The notes beneath the pieces were generated by a model. The model worked only from the letters and a program-made list of their open reading frames with translations, was not told the origin of the DNA and ran no database searches. From a virus: a DNA stretch of 64,000 nucleotides. The position numbers were made by a program, and so were the translations under genes. Position 1 is the first letter of the stretch; every line of letters starts with the position of its first letter. Below are positions 50,917 through 60,393 of this stretch, one piece after another. The DNA lies in IMG/VR virus record IMGVR_UViG_3300029197_000003; one strand, 5' to 3'.

Positions 50917-51394
50917 CAATCTTGACATAAATATCTTGTTGGCGGTCTCGTTGGCGCTTTTCGTGTTATCGTTCATCAGCCAAGATTCCGTGCAAATTTC
51001 ACGGAATATGGCCTTAAATCGCCTATTTTATCCCCTTTTTCACGCCAACTCGATTCATGCGATTTTAAATATATTTTGCATTCTTCAATTGGCGTTCTAT
51101 TACCGCATGTCGCGTTGGTATCTGCTGGCATCTTACATCATTGCCGTAACGGCACCTTCCAGCCTTATTGAAGGGACGATTGGTTTTTCTGGGGTTATCT
51201 TCGCAGCACTTGGCCTATATTCGATGATAGTAACAAGAGGGTGGGTGATTGCCGCTCATGTGGCCTTATATTGTTCGCTGACGGCATTATTTTCGTGTGT
51301 GAATACTCTACTGCACCTTTATTGTTATGCGGTTGGCTTCGTCTGCTCACTATTAATAACTGAAAAACAATGGTGGAGATGGAGAAAGATATAG
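50906..51394 (+). CDS. minimal rhomboid-family intramembrane serine protease (6 TM, 162 aa)
   Basis: FHANSIHAILNIF matches the TM2 HxxxxHxxxN motif. IGFSGVIFAALG matches the TM4 GxSG motif with the catalytic Ser. LLHLYCYAVGF supplies the TM6 His. There are six hydrophobic helices. Confidence 0.6.
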   Translation: MKNSNLDINILLAVSLALFVLSFISQDSVQISRNMALNRLFYPLFHANSIHAILNIFCILQLAFYYRMSRWYLLASYIIAVTAPSSLIEGTIGFSGVIFAALGLYSMIVTRGWVIAAHVALYCSLTALFSCVNTLLHLYCYAVGFVCSLLITEKQWWRWRKI

Positions 51395-53490
51395 AGCGGA
51401 TAATAGCAGAGGACAACGAGCGCATGAAGCGCTACCATTATGAGCCTAACCCGATAACAGGGGAAGGCTATTTTGGCGAGCGCGAGAAGATTGAGATAGA
51501 TGACTTCCCGATTCCTGTGCAGTTGGTTCCTAAAAGGATGCTGAAGATACCGTTCGTCAAGCAGCTGGTCAAGCATGGCAGTATAGAGAACTTCCTCTAT
51601 GAGGTGATGGAGGAGGAAAACACGGAAGAGGCACGTGACACGGTTGTGCAGCAATTCATTCGATACCGCATCCGCTATGATTTCCCCTTTTTCTCGGCCT
51701 TGTTCCTGTATATTAAGGCGAAAGGTGGAGGCCGTGACATCCTCTTTCGCTTGACACGCCCACAACGCAGATTGGTCAATCGCTTCATGGAGCTATATGA
51801 AGCCAAGAAGCCAATACGTATTATTCTTTTAAAGGCTCGTCAGCTTGGCGGTTCAACACTCATTCAGTTGTTCATGCTATGGATGCAGATAACGCAGGAA
51901 TACGGCCTTAACTCGCTCATTATCGCTCATCAGTCTATCGCATCGGACGAAATCCTTGATATGTTCAACAAGGCAGTAACGCAGCTGCCTTCATGGATAT
52001 TACATAAGCTTGGAGAGCAATACAAGGCGAATGAATCTACATTTGTCAATGTCGGCCACAGCGGAGCCATTAAACGTGTTCCTCAGCGAGATTGTAAGAT
52101 TAAGGTCGGAACCGCTGAGCGTCCTGATTCCTGCCGTGGTGGTGACTACAACCTTATCCACCTCTCCGAGGTTGGTCTATGGAAGACAACAGATGGAAAA
52201 AGCCCAGAAGACATTGTGCAGTCTGCCTGCTCTGGTGTCCTCTATAAGCATCGCACAATGATAGTGTATGAATCAACCGCTAAGGGTGTAGGAAACTTCT
52301 TCCACCGCGAGTTCCTTGCTGCCTTTGAGGGGAAATCGCAATTTGAAGCTATCGTTATATGCTGGTATGACATCGACCTTTATGTTCTGCCATTCGCAGA
52401 CGATAAGGAAAGAGAGAGCTTCGCGCGTTCAATGTATGAACATAGGAACGACACAGAAGCATCTTCTGAACGTGAGGAATGTGGCCAATACATCTACTGG
52501 CTATGGCAGAAAGGTGCAACATTGGAGGCCATAAACTGGTACATAGCTGAGCGCCGAAAATATTCAGACCATGCCCGTATGGCCTCAGAGTACCCCTCTG
52601 ATTACATTGAAGCCTTCAGCTTCAGCGGCGAAATCGTCTTCGACCGCCATCAAGTAGAAGAATTGCGTCACACATGCAAGGCTCCTCGTGCTGTCGGTGA
52701 CATCGTGGCTGACGCTAATGAAGGCATGAGAGCATTATCTAACGTTCGTTTCAGCGAAGAGAAGAAGGGTGGTTTGTCAATATGGGAATATCCAGAGATA
52801 TTCACGGATAACACGGTGGTTACTGACAGATATTTGACTGTTGTAGACATCGGTGGTCGTTCTTCCAAGGCAGACTGGTCGGTTATTGTTGTCTTCGATA
52901 GGTTCGCCATGCAGTGGGGTGGAAAACCAGAGGTTGTGGCCCAGTGGTACGGACACATAGACATGGATATTCTCGCATGGAAGGCAGCACAGATAAGCAG
53001 ATATTACGACAATGCAGAACTGGTGATAGAATCCAACACGTTAGAGACGCATGACAGGGAGCGAATGGTTGACGGCGACCAATCTGGTTATATTCTCAAC
53101 CGCATCAAGGATTATTATCCTAATCTATATGCTCGCGACCAATCAGAAGAAGAAATATTGCAGAACGCGCCTAAGAAATATGGGTTCCACACCAATACAG
53201 CGACCAAGCCAATTGTCGTCAGTGCATTGCAGCGAGCGGTGAGAGAGAGACTCTATGTTGAGCGAGACGGCAGGTGCCTCGACGAGATGATTAGCTATGA
53301 GCGCAAGCCAAATGGCGCATTTGGTGCCATTCTCGGCTGCCACGATGACCTGCTTATGACGAGAGCTATTGGCATGCACATCTGCTTCTCTAAGATGCCG
53401 CTTCCAAAGATAGTTGACAAGACAAGATATGTTGAAGAAGTCTTCCAACACGAGATACCAGGTAAAAATATTGACAACGAAAAACGTTAA
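51370..53490 (+). CDS. terL: terminase large subunit
   Basis: ILLKARQLGGSTLIQ is a Terminase_6-type Walker A (KxRQxGxS). DYNLIHLSEVGLW is Walker B. VVDIGGRSSKADWSVIVVFD is the start of the RNaseH-like nuclease domain. Confidence 0.85.
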   Translation: MVEMEKDIERIIAEDNERMKRYHYEPNPITGEGYFGEREKIEIDDFPIPVQLVPKRMLKIPFVKQLVKHGSIENFLYEVMEEENTEEARDTVVQQFIRYRIRYDFPFFSALFLYIKAKGGGRDILFRLTRPQRRLVNRFMELYEAKKPIRIILLKARQLGGSTLIQLFMLWMQITQEYGLNSLIIAHQSIASDEILDMFNKAVTQLPSWILHKLGEQYKANESTFVNVGHSGAIKRVPQRDCKIKVGTAERPDSCRGGDYNLIHLSEVGLWKTTDGKSPEDIVQSACSGVLYKHRTMIVYESTAKGVGNFFHREFLAAFEGKSQFEAIVICWYDIDLYVLPFADDKERESFARSMYEHRNDTEASSEREECGQYIYWLWQKGATLEAINWYIAERRKYSDHARMASEYPSDYIEAFSFSGEIVFDRHQVEELRHTCKAPRAVGDIVADANEGMRALSNVRFSEEKKGGLSIWEYPEIFTDNTVVTDRYLTVVDIGGRSSKADWSVIVVFDRFAMQWGGKPEVVAQWYGHIDMDILAWKAAQISRYYDNAELVIESNTLETHDRERMVDGDQSGYILNRIKDYYPNLYARDQSEEEILQNAPKKYGFHTNTATKPIVVSALQRAVRERLYVERDGRCLDEMISYERKPNGAFGAILGCHDDLLMTRAIGMHICFSKMPLPKIVDKTRYVEEVFQHEIPGKNIDNEKR

Positions 53491-53500
53491 ATTATTGAAT

Positions 53501-53833
53501 ATGATTAGATTACTTAAAAGATTAAAAGCAAAGATGGTCTATAGTAAGGCCGTCAGAACGGCGGAATCGGCATCAGCCAAGGACAACGGCAACCGCTATT
53601 ATGTGATGCCTTCAACTGTTAGAGGAAAGGTGATTATCTTCGACCGCTCTCAGTTTAGAATTTTAAAGCGAAAGCACTACGTCAAGGAATCAATGAGTAT
53701 GCAGGATTGTGTAAAGAATTGCTTTTATCATACGCGGGATAAAGCAGGGAATGTGATGCACCCGCTGCTCGTTGAGAAGGGACGCAAACGCTTCTTACAG
53801 TGGTCTTTATACAGAAGAAAGGAGGAGAAATGA
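53501..53833 (+). CDS. hypothetical basic protein
   Basis: ATG at 53501 (MIRLLKRLK), 110 aa, immediately after terL. Confidence 0.45.
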   Translation: MIRLLKRLKAKMVYSKAVRTAESASAKDNGNRYYVMPSTVRGKVIIFDRSQFRILKRKHYVKESMSMQDCVKNCFYHTRDKAGNVMHPLLVEKGRKRFLQWSLYRRKEEK

Positions 53834-54309
53834 ATATAGTCATCAAGAAGGAGGACGTTATAGACGTTGTTTCGCGTTCTGTAGCGATTCTAAACAGACA
53901 GCTACAACAACAGCAACAACCGCAGTTTCTCGGAATTGACGAGTTTACGCGCCATTTCGCTGAAATTGATTGGACGAACGTGTGGTCTGTAATCACAACG
54001 GCAAGCGAGCGTTACATGACCTCTCTCAGTGAAGGGGAGGGAAGCATTACACTCACGCTCTCAATGCCGCCACGTTACACTCTTGAACAGGCACCATTAC
54101 AGCAGACATACAAGAATGTAGCCGCATGGACTATCATGTCCTTGTACGCGGAGAAAAACTCGGCACCAGCGAATATTTTGCAAGTAATATCTCAACAGGC
54201 TAATGTCTATTTGAGTCTACTGAAGGATTCTCTTGCTGGCCACCGCTCGGCACCAGTGAGGAAAGAGCCGAAGAAGGTAAAAAATATTGACAAGATAAAT
54301 TGGTTGTAA
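53830..54309 (+). CDS. head-morphogenesis-region protein, tandem paralog 1
   Basis: ATG at 53830. ITLTLSMPPRYTLEQAPLQQTYKNVAAWTIMSLY aligns with the next two genes. Confidence 0.45.
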   Translation: MNIVIKKEDVIDVVSRSVAILNRQLQQQQQPQFLGIDEFTRHFAEIDWTNVWSVITTASERYMTSLSEGEGSITLTLSMPPRYTLEQAPLQQTYKNVAAWTIMSLYAEKNSAPANILQVISQQANVYLSLLKDSLAGHRSAPVRKEPKKVKNIDKINWL

Positions 54310-54310
54310 T

Positions 54311-54904
54311 ATGAACAAGACACTGACGATTCATATATACTTGACCGAATTGCTTCATGAGATTGCTAAGACATCGTGGCAAATCGGCCGTTCTCGCAAG
54401 GGAATGCAGCAAGTATCTCACGCGGAAGACATTCAGGATATAGATGAAGAGCGGATATTGCGCTCCGTGCAAACGGCAATGAAGGATGTGAGGATTGCTC
54501 TTGCTGAATACATTGTAGAAGGTGCGACGACGGCAGATAATATATTATTATCAGCAACACGCAAGGCCGTTGCAGGCGATAACGCGATAACAATGACATG
54601 GGGTAGCGGAGTGACCGAGCAGGAAGAAGATAATGTAATCACCTTCGTTCTCCGCGTTCCTTCCAATTACGCGAATGGCCAAACTGATTCACTCGCCACT
54701 TCTACTCATTCCTATATTGTGAACTACGCCCTGTCTGAATGGCTATTGCAGACAGACCCAGCAGAGGCAGGGAATTACAAGCAGATGGCAGCAGAGGCGT
54801 TGCAACAGTTATATGCTGCATCCTTCGCGCGTATTCAGCCTCGCCGTGCGCATGCACCGAAAAACAAAAAACCACTAACCAATAACGAAGTGAGATATGA
54901 ATAA
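54311..54904 (+). CDS. head-morphogenesis-region protein, tandem paralog 2
   Basis: ITFVLRVPSNYANGQTDSLATSTHSYIVNYALSEWLL shares its pattern with paralog 1. Confidence 0.45.
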   Translation: MNKTLTIHIYLTELLHEIAKTSWQIGRSRKGMQQVSHAEDIQDIDEERILRSVQTAMKDVRIALAEYIVEGATTADNILLSATRKAVAGDNAITMTWGSGVTEQEEDNVITFVLRVPSNYANGQTDSLATSTHSYIVNYALSEWLLQTDPAEAGNYKQMAAEALQQLYAASFARIQPRRAHAPKNKKPLTNNEVRYE

Positions 54905-55436
54905 CTGTAGAATACCACGCACAACGAGAGTGACAATAAGACTGAAGACGAATAATCTTCTATACGACATCGCTCAAGCAGGATTCCTTTCCGCTGAAGC
55001 TGTTGCATTGAGGTATCAGGATAATCAGCATGTGAAGCACCGCATGAAGGATGTTGTAGAGGATGGTAATGTTGACATTGTTATCCGCGAACTTGACAAT
55101 GCCTACACGCATTCCATGTTGCAACTGTCTCAGTTCGCGCCTCCTTCTCCACGAGAAGAGGATATTACAATGACGGATGATTATAACGACTATCGAGAGA
55201 GCTACGACTATACCATACTCATCAACTATGAGCACGTACGCTTCCTTGCTGAGCGCCTGACCTCGCTGCTTCATGATTATCTTGTGTCATCTGCAATCTG
55301 CCACTATATCTCTGTTGTTGCAGACACATCACACTCGTCTGAATTATACAAGCAGCGAGAAGAAGATACCATTGGTGAGATTATCGCCATGCTATCCATG
55401 TATGATTGTGAGAGACCAATCACGGCTACAATGTGA
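54897..55436 (+). CDS. head-morphogenesis-region protein, probable tandem paralog 3
   Basis: YDYTILINYEHVRFLAERLTSLLHDYLVSSAICHYI shows a weaker match to the same pattern. Confidence 0.4.
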   Translation: MNNCRIPRTTRVTIRLKTNNLLYDIAQAGFLSAEAVALRYQDNQHVKHRMKDVVEDGNVDIVIRELDNAYTHSMLQLSQFAPPSPREEDITMTDDYNDYRESYDYTILINYEHVRFLAERLTSLLHDYLVSSAICHYISVVADTSHSSELYKQREEDTIGEIIAMLSMYDCERPITATM

Positions 55437-55467
55437 CGAGTATTCTCGCCAATTGATTCATCCAACC

Positions 55468-55498
55468 ATTCCCGCAACAAGAAATTGCGGGAATTTTT
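55468..55498 (+). terminator. Rho-independent terminator
   Basis: ATTCCCGCAA-CAAGAAA-TTGCGGGAAT is a 10-bp stem followed by TTTT. Confidence 0.65.
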
Positions 55499-55655
55499 GT
55501 TGCTTAACTGTTTTATTTATTTTCGCTTATTAAATATCTCTCTATCAGATAATTAACCTACAATATTGCCCCAATATTAAATAATAACAAAGGTTAAAAA
55601 TGCACCCAAATAAAAATTATCTTGATTTTTATGCTGCGATTTCAAGATATATATT

Positions 55656-55663
55656 TACCTTTG
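55656..55663 (+). promoter_or_regulatory. -7 box TACCTTTG upstream of the 55716 gene
   Basis: A TAnnTTTG match lies 53 nt upstream of ATG 55716. No clear -33 box was found. Confidence 0.3.
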
Positions 55664-55715
55664 CACTTGTAATAATAATTCTCACAGCCCTCGACATCAC
55701 GGTGAAGTCCTTACT

Positions 55716-56048
55716 ATGTTAATTGACAATATTAAAGCGAAGTTCGCAGACTCCATTTTTAGCTCAATTCATGAAGCATACGACATGCTTGTGAGTAGAT
55801 TAGAAGAAGCTGATTGGCACGTTGCCACATCAAAGCAGGATATTAACGAATATACCTTTGCTGATGAAGAGAATCCAGCAGTTGAAGGTGAGACCTTTAG
55901 GGTTGAATGCGACATTCAAGAGGGTAGTGAAGTATTCGTCTATGAGTTCCGCATAAGGGAATATTATTCAGACCCTGGCTCTTCTGACTACGCATACGTA
56001 ATTGACGTTTACAGAGATAGACATTTTGTTTTCTCGTCTGTTGAATGA
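55716..56048 (+). CDS. hypothetical acidic protein
   Basis: ORF track, 110 aa. Confidence 0.5.
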   Translation: MLIDNIKAKFADSIFSSIHEAYDMLVSRLEEADWHVATSKQDINEYTFADEENPAVEGETFRVECDIQEGSEVFVYEFRIREYYSDPGSSDYAYVIDVYRDRHFVFSSVE

Positions 56049-56068
56049 TGAATTATCACAATTAAAGA

Positions 56069-56248
56069 ATGACGACAAATAAGCAATCAAGCTGGGGCGG
56101 CCGCCGCGAAAATAGTGGCCGCCCCAGAACAAACAAGGTTACATTGCGAGCAAACGTAACGCCTGCATTCCTTGCCAAGCTAAAGGAGAAGGCCGAAGAA
56201 GGAAATATGAAGGTCGGTGAATATCTTGAAGAACATCTTAGGTTATAG
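56069..56248 (+). CDS. 59-aa basic protein with a GGRRxNSGRP motif (DNA-binding candidate)
   Basis: Hand translation gives MTTNKQSSWGGRRENSGRPRTNKVTLRANVTPAFLAKLKEKAEEGNMKVGEYLEEHLRL. It is below the ORF-track cutoff. Confidence 0.45.
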   Translation: MTTNKQSSWGGRRENSGRPRTNKVTLRANVTPAFLAKLKEKAEEGNMKVGEYLEEHLRL

Positions 56249-56381
56249 TGGCCAAGCAAATTAATTTCATTCATAAGGCGCTGATTCTGAATGCTATTAA
56301 AAATAATATACCGCTTTTCAGCAAGTTACCAGCATATTAAATCCTTCCTTATACTTCGTGATTATAGCGAATTATAACCGA

Positions 56382-56423
56382 AAAACAAGGCTCGTCACGT
56401 TATAATGTGGCGAGCCTTGTTTT
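56382..56423. terminator. bidirectional terminator at the convergence of the plus and minus operons
   Basis: A 17-bp stem (one G-U) pairs AAAACAAGGCTCGTCAC with GTGGCGAGCCTTGTTTT across an 8-nt loop. It has an A-run on the 5-prime side and a T-run on the 3-prime side. Confidence 0.65.
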
Positions 56424-59277
56424 ATCTCATTCTGTTTGCTTGTCTCATTTGGTATTCTACGCTCATACCGTCAATCGTCTCTCCGTCTTCCAGATTCGCC
56501 ATGACGACCGCGACAAACGCCTTATAAGGACTTCCGTGCAGCCTTGCGATTCTTGCCCTGGTTCCAGAGCCAACATACAGGTAGTTAGTGTAATCTCGCG
56601 TTCCAAGCAGAGCTACCGAGGCGTGTGCATTGTTGAGATTTCCACGTAACATAATGTCGGTGGTGGTTCCAAGCGCATGTGCGTTGTTCAACTTCATTGG
56701 CCTTGTGACAATTACACCTCCCTGCGCCTCTCCGTCCTCACAGACATTCACAAGCTGCGCTTCTATACCTTCTTGCGTGATTGCGAGTCCATCAGGATAA
56801 CTATTGACAGAATACTTATACTCGCTCCTGATTGTAGACCACATCTTACTTGTCAGTGATAACACATACGCATACATCTTATCTTGATTGAATACGATAA
56901 CTCGCTGCCGCGTGTAGTCATATACCATGCCTGCATTGTCAAGGTATGATAAAAAGCCTAAATCGGGAATTTCAGAAGATTCAACCCCTTCTGCTCGTGA
57001 CATTTTTTTGACAACATTATGACTAAGGAGTGAAGCAGGATTATCGTGCAGCACCTCTGTTATACAGGTAGATTGTGAACCACTTATCATCATAATGCCT
57101 CTCTTTGTCGGGAAAAGTACACTTCTATCAAGCGATATGATTGCGTTGGGGTTGCTGCACACGTCTCTCGTGACTGGGGTTGCCGTCTGATAGCTGCCAT
57201 CATTGCCGACGGATAATGCCCATACGCCGTTTGATGTGAATGCGTATAGAGGGAATTGACCGAACTGGCCTTGCGACATGGCGGCAACAGCGGATGCGAT
57301 TCCGACCACTTCTCCAATGCCGACATCGTTCACGCCTATAGATGGAAAGTAGAATGGATTATTCACGGCAGATGTATAAATAGACGAGCTAACCTCAACC
57401 TTCTTATTCTCGTCTCCTTTGTCCTGCGGAAGGTCTGATGGAAGATTAAGGTAGTCGGTATATAATGAAGCATAAGATAGATTCAGGAAATCGTGCATCT
57501 TCATCTCCATGCTCATGGAGGGCTTTAAAACTCCGCTTGTCGTCATCCACCATATTACATCCTTCGCCGACGTGTAAGGGCAGAAGAATAGAGTTGGAAC
57601 ACGATTGTAAGTACTGACATATATAGGGCATTTCCCTTCCGTGTACAATTTTATCTCTCTTCCTTCCTCAACGGTGACGGTGAATGCGTTTGACATTGTG
57701 GCGTATGAGATTGGTAACTCACCGAATGTAATGCCGCCGCCAGTCTCTGCATAGGTTACAGGTACATAACCATCGAAGCGGCAGAAAGATTGCCTTATAG
57801 GATAACCATCATACAGCTGCCTCGTGACGCCAGCAAGATTCAATCGGGAGTTGTAGACATAAGACCTTTTAGCAGAAATCTTCTCGTGTGATTGGTAGTC
57901 GTCTGTCATTACCTCGCGGTTGACAAGAGATTGTAAATAATCATCCTTCACCTTAATTGTGACCGCTTCCCCCTTCCTGCTTTGTTCGCTTGCATTGATT
58001 AACTCATTCAGCGGAATGCTCTTTAACAAGTAGAATGAAGAGCAATCCGTTAGCTTTTTTCGCATATCTTCGTCCGTTACGGCAGGAAGTTCGATGGTGT
58101 CAACCTCATTATACTTGCCAGCATCATTGGCAATGAATGCAGGCCTGCAATACGCATTAAACAGGTCTACCATTTTGAAGGCACTGTGGTATTTCGTGTA
58201 GTCTCCGCTGATATGTGAGACACTTGACGTCAATCCCCACATGAGGGCGTTAGTACTCAGCCTGCCAACGTAGTCACCTTTATTATAATCACTATAATTA
58301 ATCTTCGTGAATTGAATTGTGTCTACAATGCCGCCTGCATCATAGGTATAAAGAGGAGCGCTTACGAATATATCCACGCTCTTTACGATGTCCCCCCATT
58401 CCTCCTTGAATGCCTTGGTAATATTGTCTTCCATGAAAAAAGTGAGTGCAGCACGAACCGCGAATACGTCAACTCTGCAATCTGTCAACTTACTGCCGTT
58501 GTAGCTTGATTGCCGCAAAAACGGCATAATAGCATGGTAGGTGGAAGGCATCATCAATATAGGTGCGGAATGATGAACTAATGTTCCATCATACAGACGA
58601 AGAGCATACCTCACGAAGAAGGGAAAACAGAATTTCCCCTTGCCTGTTACATGCTCGTTGATGAGCTTAGATACTGGTGCCAGCATTGTCGTAGTGTACG
58701 CTGTCAGATGCTCGCGCTTGTAGATGTAATTCCTGTCGCTCGGCCACACCTCGTAATCGAAGTGAACAAACATACCATCTGCCTCGGAACATTCCTTACT
58801 ATATAGGATAGGCTCACCGAGTAATCCGAACCGCATACCTATCTCGGGAAGAGCATCGCCAAGAGACTTGTACGCTGTATTCTTCCACAAGTAATAGTTA
58901 ATGCTGCCCTCCGTGAATATCAATAGTGTATTGCCAACGGCATCTACATGAGAGACCTCCGCTTTCATTTTCGCGAACTCCACCATGTTTAGATTTTCAT
59001 CTGCCGCATTACAATAGTAGTAATTATAAAATCCTTCAAGAATCTGCCCGTCTTCGTCTGTTGCTTGTGATTGAAAGATGTAATGCTTATATCCTGAGCC
59101 AGAATGCACATAGAGGAAACGAAAGCCGATAGGGACCTGCATCACTACTTTTGGCTTGTGCATTGGGCGAACCTCACCATATTCATGCACGAGGTTGTGA
59201 AGCAACGCCGTCTGGCCGTCTTGACAAGCGTAGTCAGACGGCACGGTCGTCATTCCTGTTATAGCAATATCCATCAT
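56422..59277 (-). CDS. large virion structural protein (951 aa; tail/nozzle or adaptor candidate)
   Basis: ORF track. The call rests on size and on being the last gene before a strong terminator. No motif recognised. Confidence 0.4.
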   Translation of the reverse strand: MMDIAITGMTTVPSDYACQDGQTALLHNLVHEYGEVRPMHKPKVVMQVPIGFRFLYVHSGSGYKHYIFQSQATDEDGQILEGFYNYYYCNAADENLNMVEFAKMKAEVSHVDAVGNTLLIFTEGSINYYLWKNTAYKSLGDALPEIGMRFGLLGEPILYSKECSEADGMFVHFDYEVWPSDRNYIYKREHLTAYTTTMLAPVSKLINEHVTGKGKFCFPFFVRYALRLYDGTLVHHSAPILMMPSTYHAIMPFLRQSSYNGSKLTDCRVDVFAVRAALTFFMEDNITKAFKEEWGDIVKSVDIFVSAPLYTYDAGGIVDTIQFTKINYSDYNKGDYVGRLSTNALMWGLTSSVSHISGDYTKYHSAFKMVDLFNAYCRPAFIANDAGKYNEVDTIELPAVTDEDMRKKLTDCSSFYLLKSIPLNELINASEQSRKGEAVTIKVKDDYLQSLVNREVMTDDYQSHEKISAKRSYVYNSRLNLAGVTRQLYDGYPIRQSFCRFDGYVPVTYAETGGGITFGELPISYATMSNAFTVTVEEGREIKLYTEGKCPIYVSTYNRVPTLFFCPYTSAKDVIWWMTTSGVLKPSMSMEMKMHDFLNLSYASLYTDYLNLPSDLPQDKGDENKKVEVSSSIYTSAVNNPFYFPSIGVNDVGIGEVVGIASAVAAMSQGQFGQFPLYAFTSNGVWALSVGNDGSYQTATPVTRDVCSNPNAIISLDRSVLFPTKRGIMMISGSQSTCITEVLHDNPASLLSHNVVKKMSRAEGVESSEIPDLGFLSYLDNAGMVYDYTRQRVIVFNQDKMYAYVLSLTSKMWSTIRSEYKYSVNSYPDGLAITQEGIEAQLVNVCEDGEAQGGVIVTRPMKLNNAHALGTTTDIMLRGNLNNAHASVALLGTRDYTNYLYVGSGTRARIARLHGSPYKAFVAVVMANLEDGETIDGMSVEYQMRQANRMR

Positions 59278-59663
59278 ACCTTCTTATCAATCTTGTATAA
59301 CTTCCTACCCTTAATCTTAACCACAGACACGTCCATTTGTACATGCTCTCCAGCTATCTTGTAATCATAGAAGATACGATTCACGGTTGGTACAAGGCAT
59401 TCAAATCCTATGCTGTCGTAATAGTCGTTTCGGCATAAGACTGAGCGGTATGTTCCGTCCTCGCCTTCATCTGACGAGAAATGAATGTAGTAACCCCCTT
59501 TCTCGTCTTGCACCACACGTGCTGCCACCTTACCGATTGGCCCGAGGTCTTTGCGTATGTATGCGATAAACCCGTCAGACAACGAGATTGAGTTGTCTGA
59601 CGAGTCTGCAATGATGTATAACCTACCGTAACGTAGTTTGCGAAAAATGTCCTTTAACTTCAT
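59274..59663 (-). CDS. hypothetical protein
   Basis: ORF track, 129 aa, with a 4-nt overlap with the 951-aa gene. Confidence 0.5.
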   Translation of the reverse strand: MKLKDIFRKLRYGRLYIIADSSDNSISLSDGFIAYIRKDLGPIGKVAARVVQDEKGGYYIHFSSDEGEDGTYRSVLCRNDYYDSIGFECLVPTVNRIFYDYKIAGEHVQMDVSVVKIKGRKLYKIDKKV

Positions 59664-59902
59664 TATTTATGCTGATAGTCTTTGTAGTCCTGGTTCCTGC
59701 TGCGGAAGCTGATTGTCTCCACGTAATCAAAAGAGCGATTTTTTTCAAGCGCTTGCTTGTGGCGGTACGCTTCTTCCTTGTTACGGAAGATATAGTTACT
59801 TATGCCATAATCGAATGAACCTGCCGACACAACGATATTGGCATAGTACTTCCTGCCAAATAGATGGCGGGTGAGCATGGTTAATAGCGATTCCTTTTCC
59901 AT
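59663..59902 (-). CDS. hypothetical protein
   Basis: ORF track, 79 aa. Confidence 0.45.
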   Translation of the reverse strand: MEKESLLTMLTRHLFGRKYYANIVVSAGSFDYGISNYIFRNKEEAYRHKQALEKNRSFDYVETISFRSRNQDYKDYQHK

Positions 59903-59959
59903 TGTGCTAAAGTAGTGTATTATTGGAATGCGTTGTGCTTATCTTTACCATTGATACTT

Positions 59960-60373
59960 TTAGAATTCAGTCTCAATGAACATTTCGATATTCTCCAGTC
60001 GCTTCATCTCCTTCTTAACCTCGTCAATATTCTTTTTCAAAAATTGCTTGATTAATAGTGAAGTGGTCTTTAAAATTTCCACCTTGTGGCAGTCAATCGC
60101 CTTAACCATAAACTCTTCCACCAGCGAATCATCTTTAAACCTCAACCATTCTTCTTTGATTGGTTCTCCCTGCTCATTGTCCCTATTCAAAACAAGGTAG
60201 GATTTCAGCTGAATGGTGAAAGGGTGCATACAATTCGCATTGACTTCTGTATTGTTGAATCCGTAGTAATTGGATTTATATGCGATAGAACGAAATTTTT
60301 TGCTTTTCTTGTCAACTGCTTCATCTAACATTCTCGCGGCCCTGTAGAGGTTCTTGTAATCTGTTATATCCAT
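59960..60373 (-). CDS. hypothetical protein
   Basis: ORF track, 137 aa. Its first 11 codons are duplicated at 60999-61034. Confidence 0.5.
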   Translation of the reverse strand: MDITDYKNLYRAARMLDEAVDKKSKKFRSIAYKSNYYGFNNTEVNANCMHPFTIQLKSYLVLNRDNEQGEPIKEEWLRFKDDSLVEEFMVKAIDCHKVEILKTTSLLIKQFLKKNIDEVKKEMKRLENIEMFIETEF

Positions 60374-60393
60374 AATGGTTAGGGTTTGATTTA

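Noticed and set aside
55600-55722. A 40-aa hydrophobic mini-ORF (MHPNKNYLDFYAAISRYIFTFALVIIILTALDITVKSLLC) overlapping the ATG of gene 55716.
   Set aside because: It competes with the TACCTTTG -7 box at 55656-55663 that would serve gene 55716. There is no paralog and no coupling signal. It cannot be supported without expression data.
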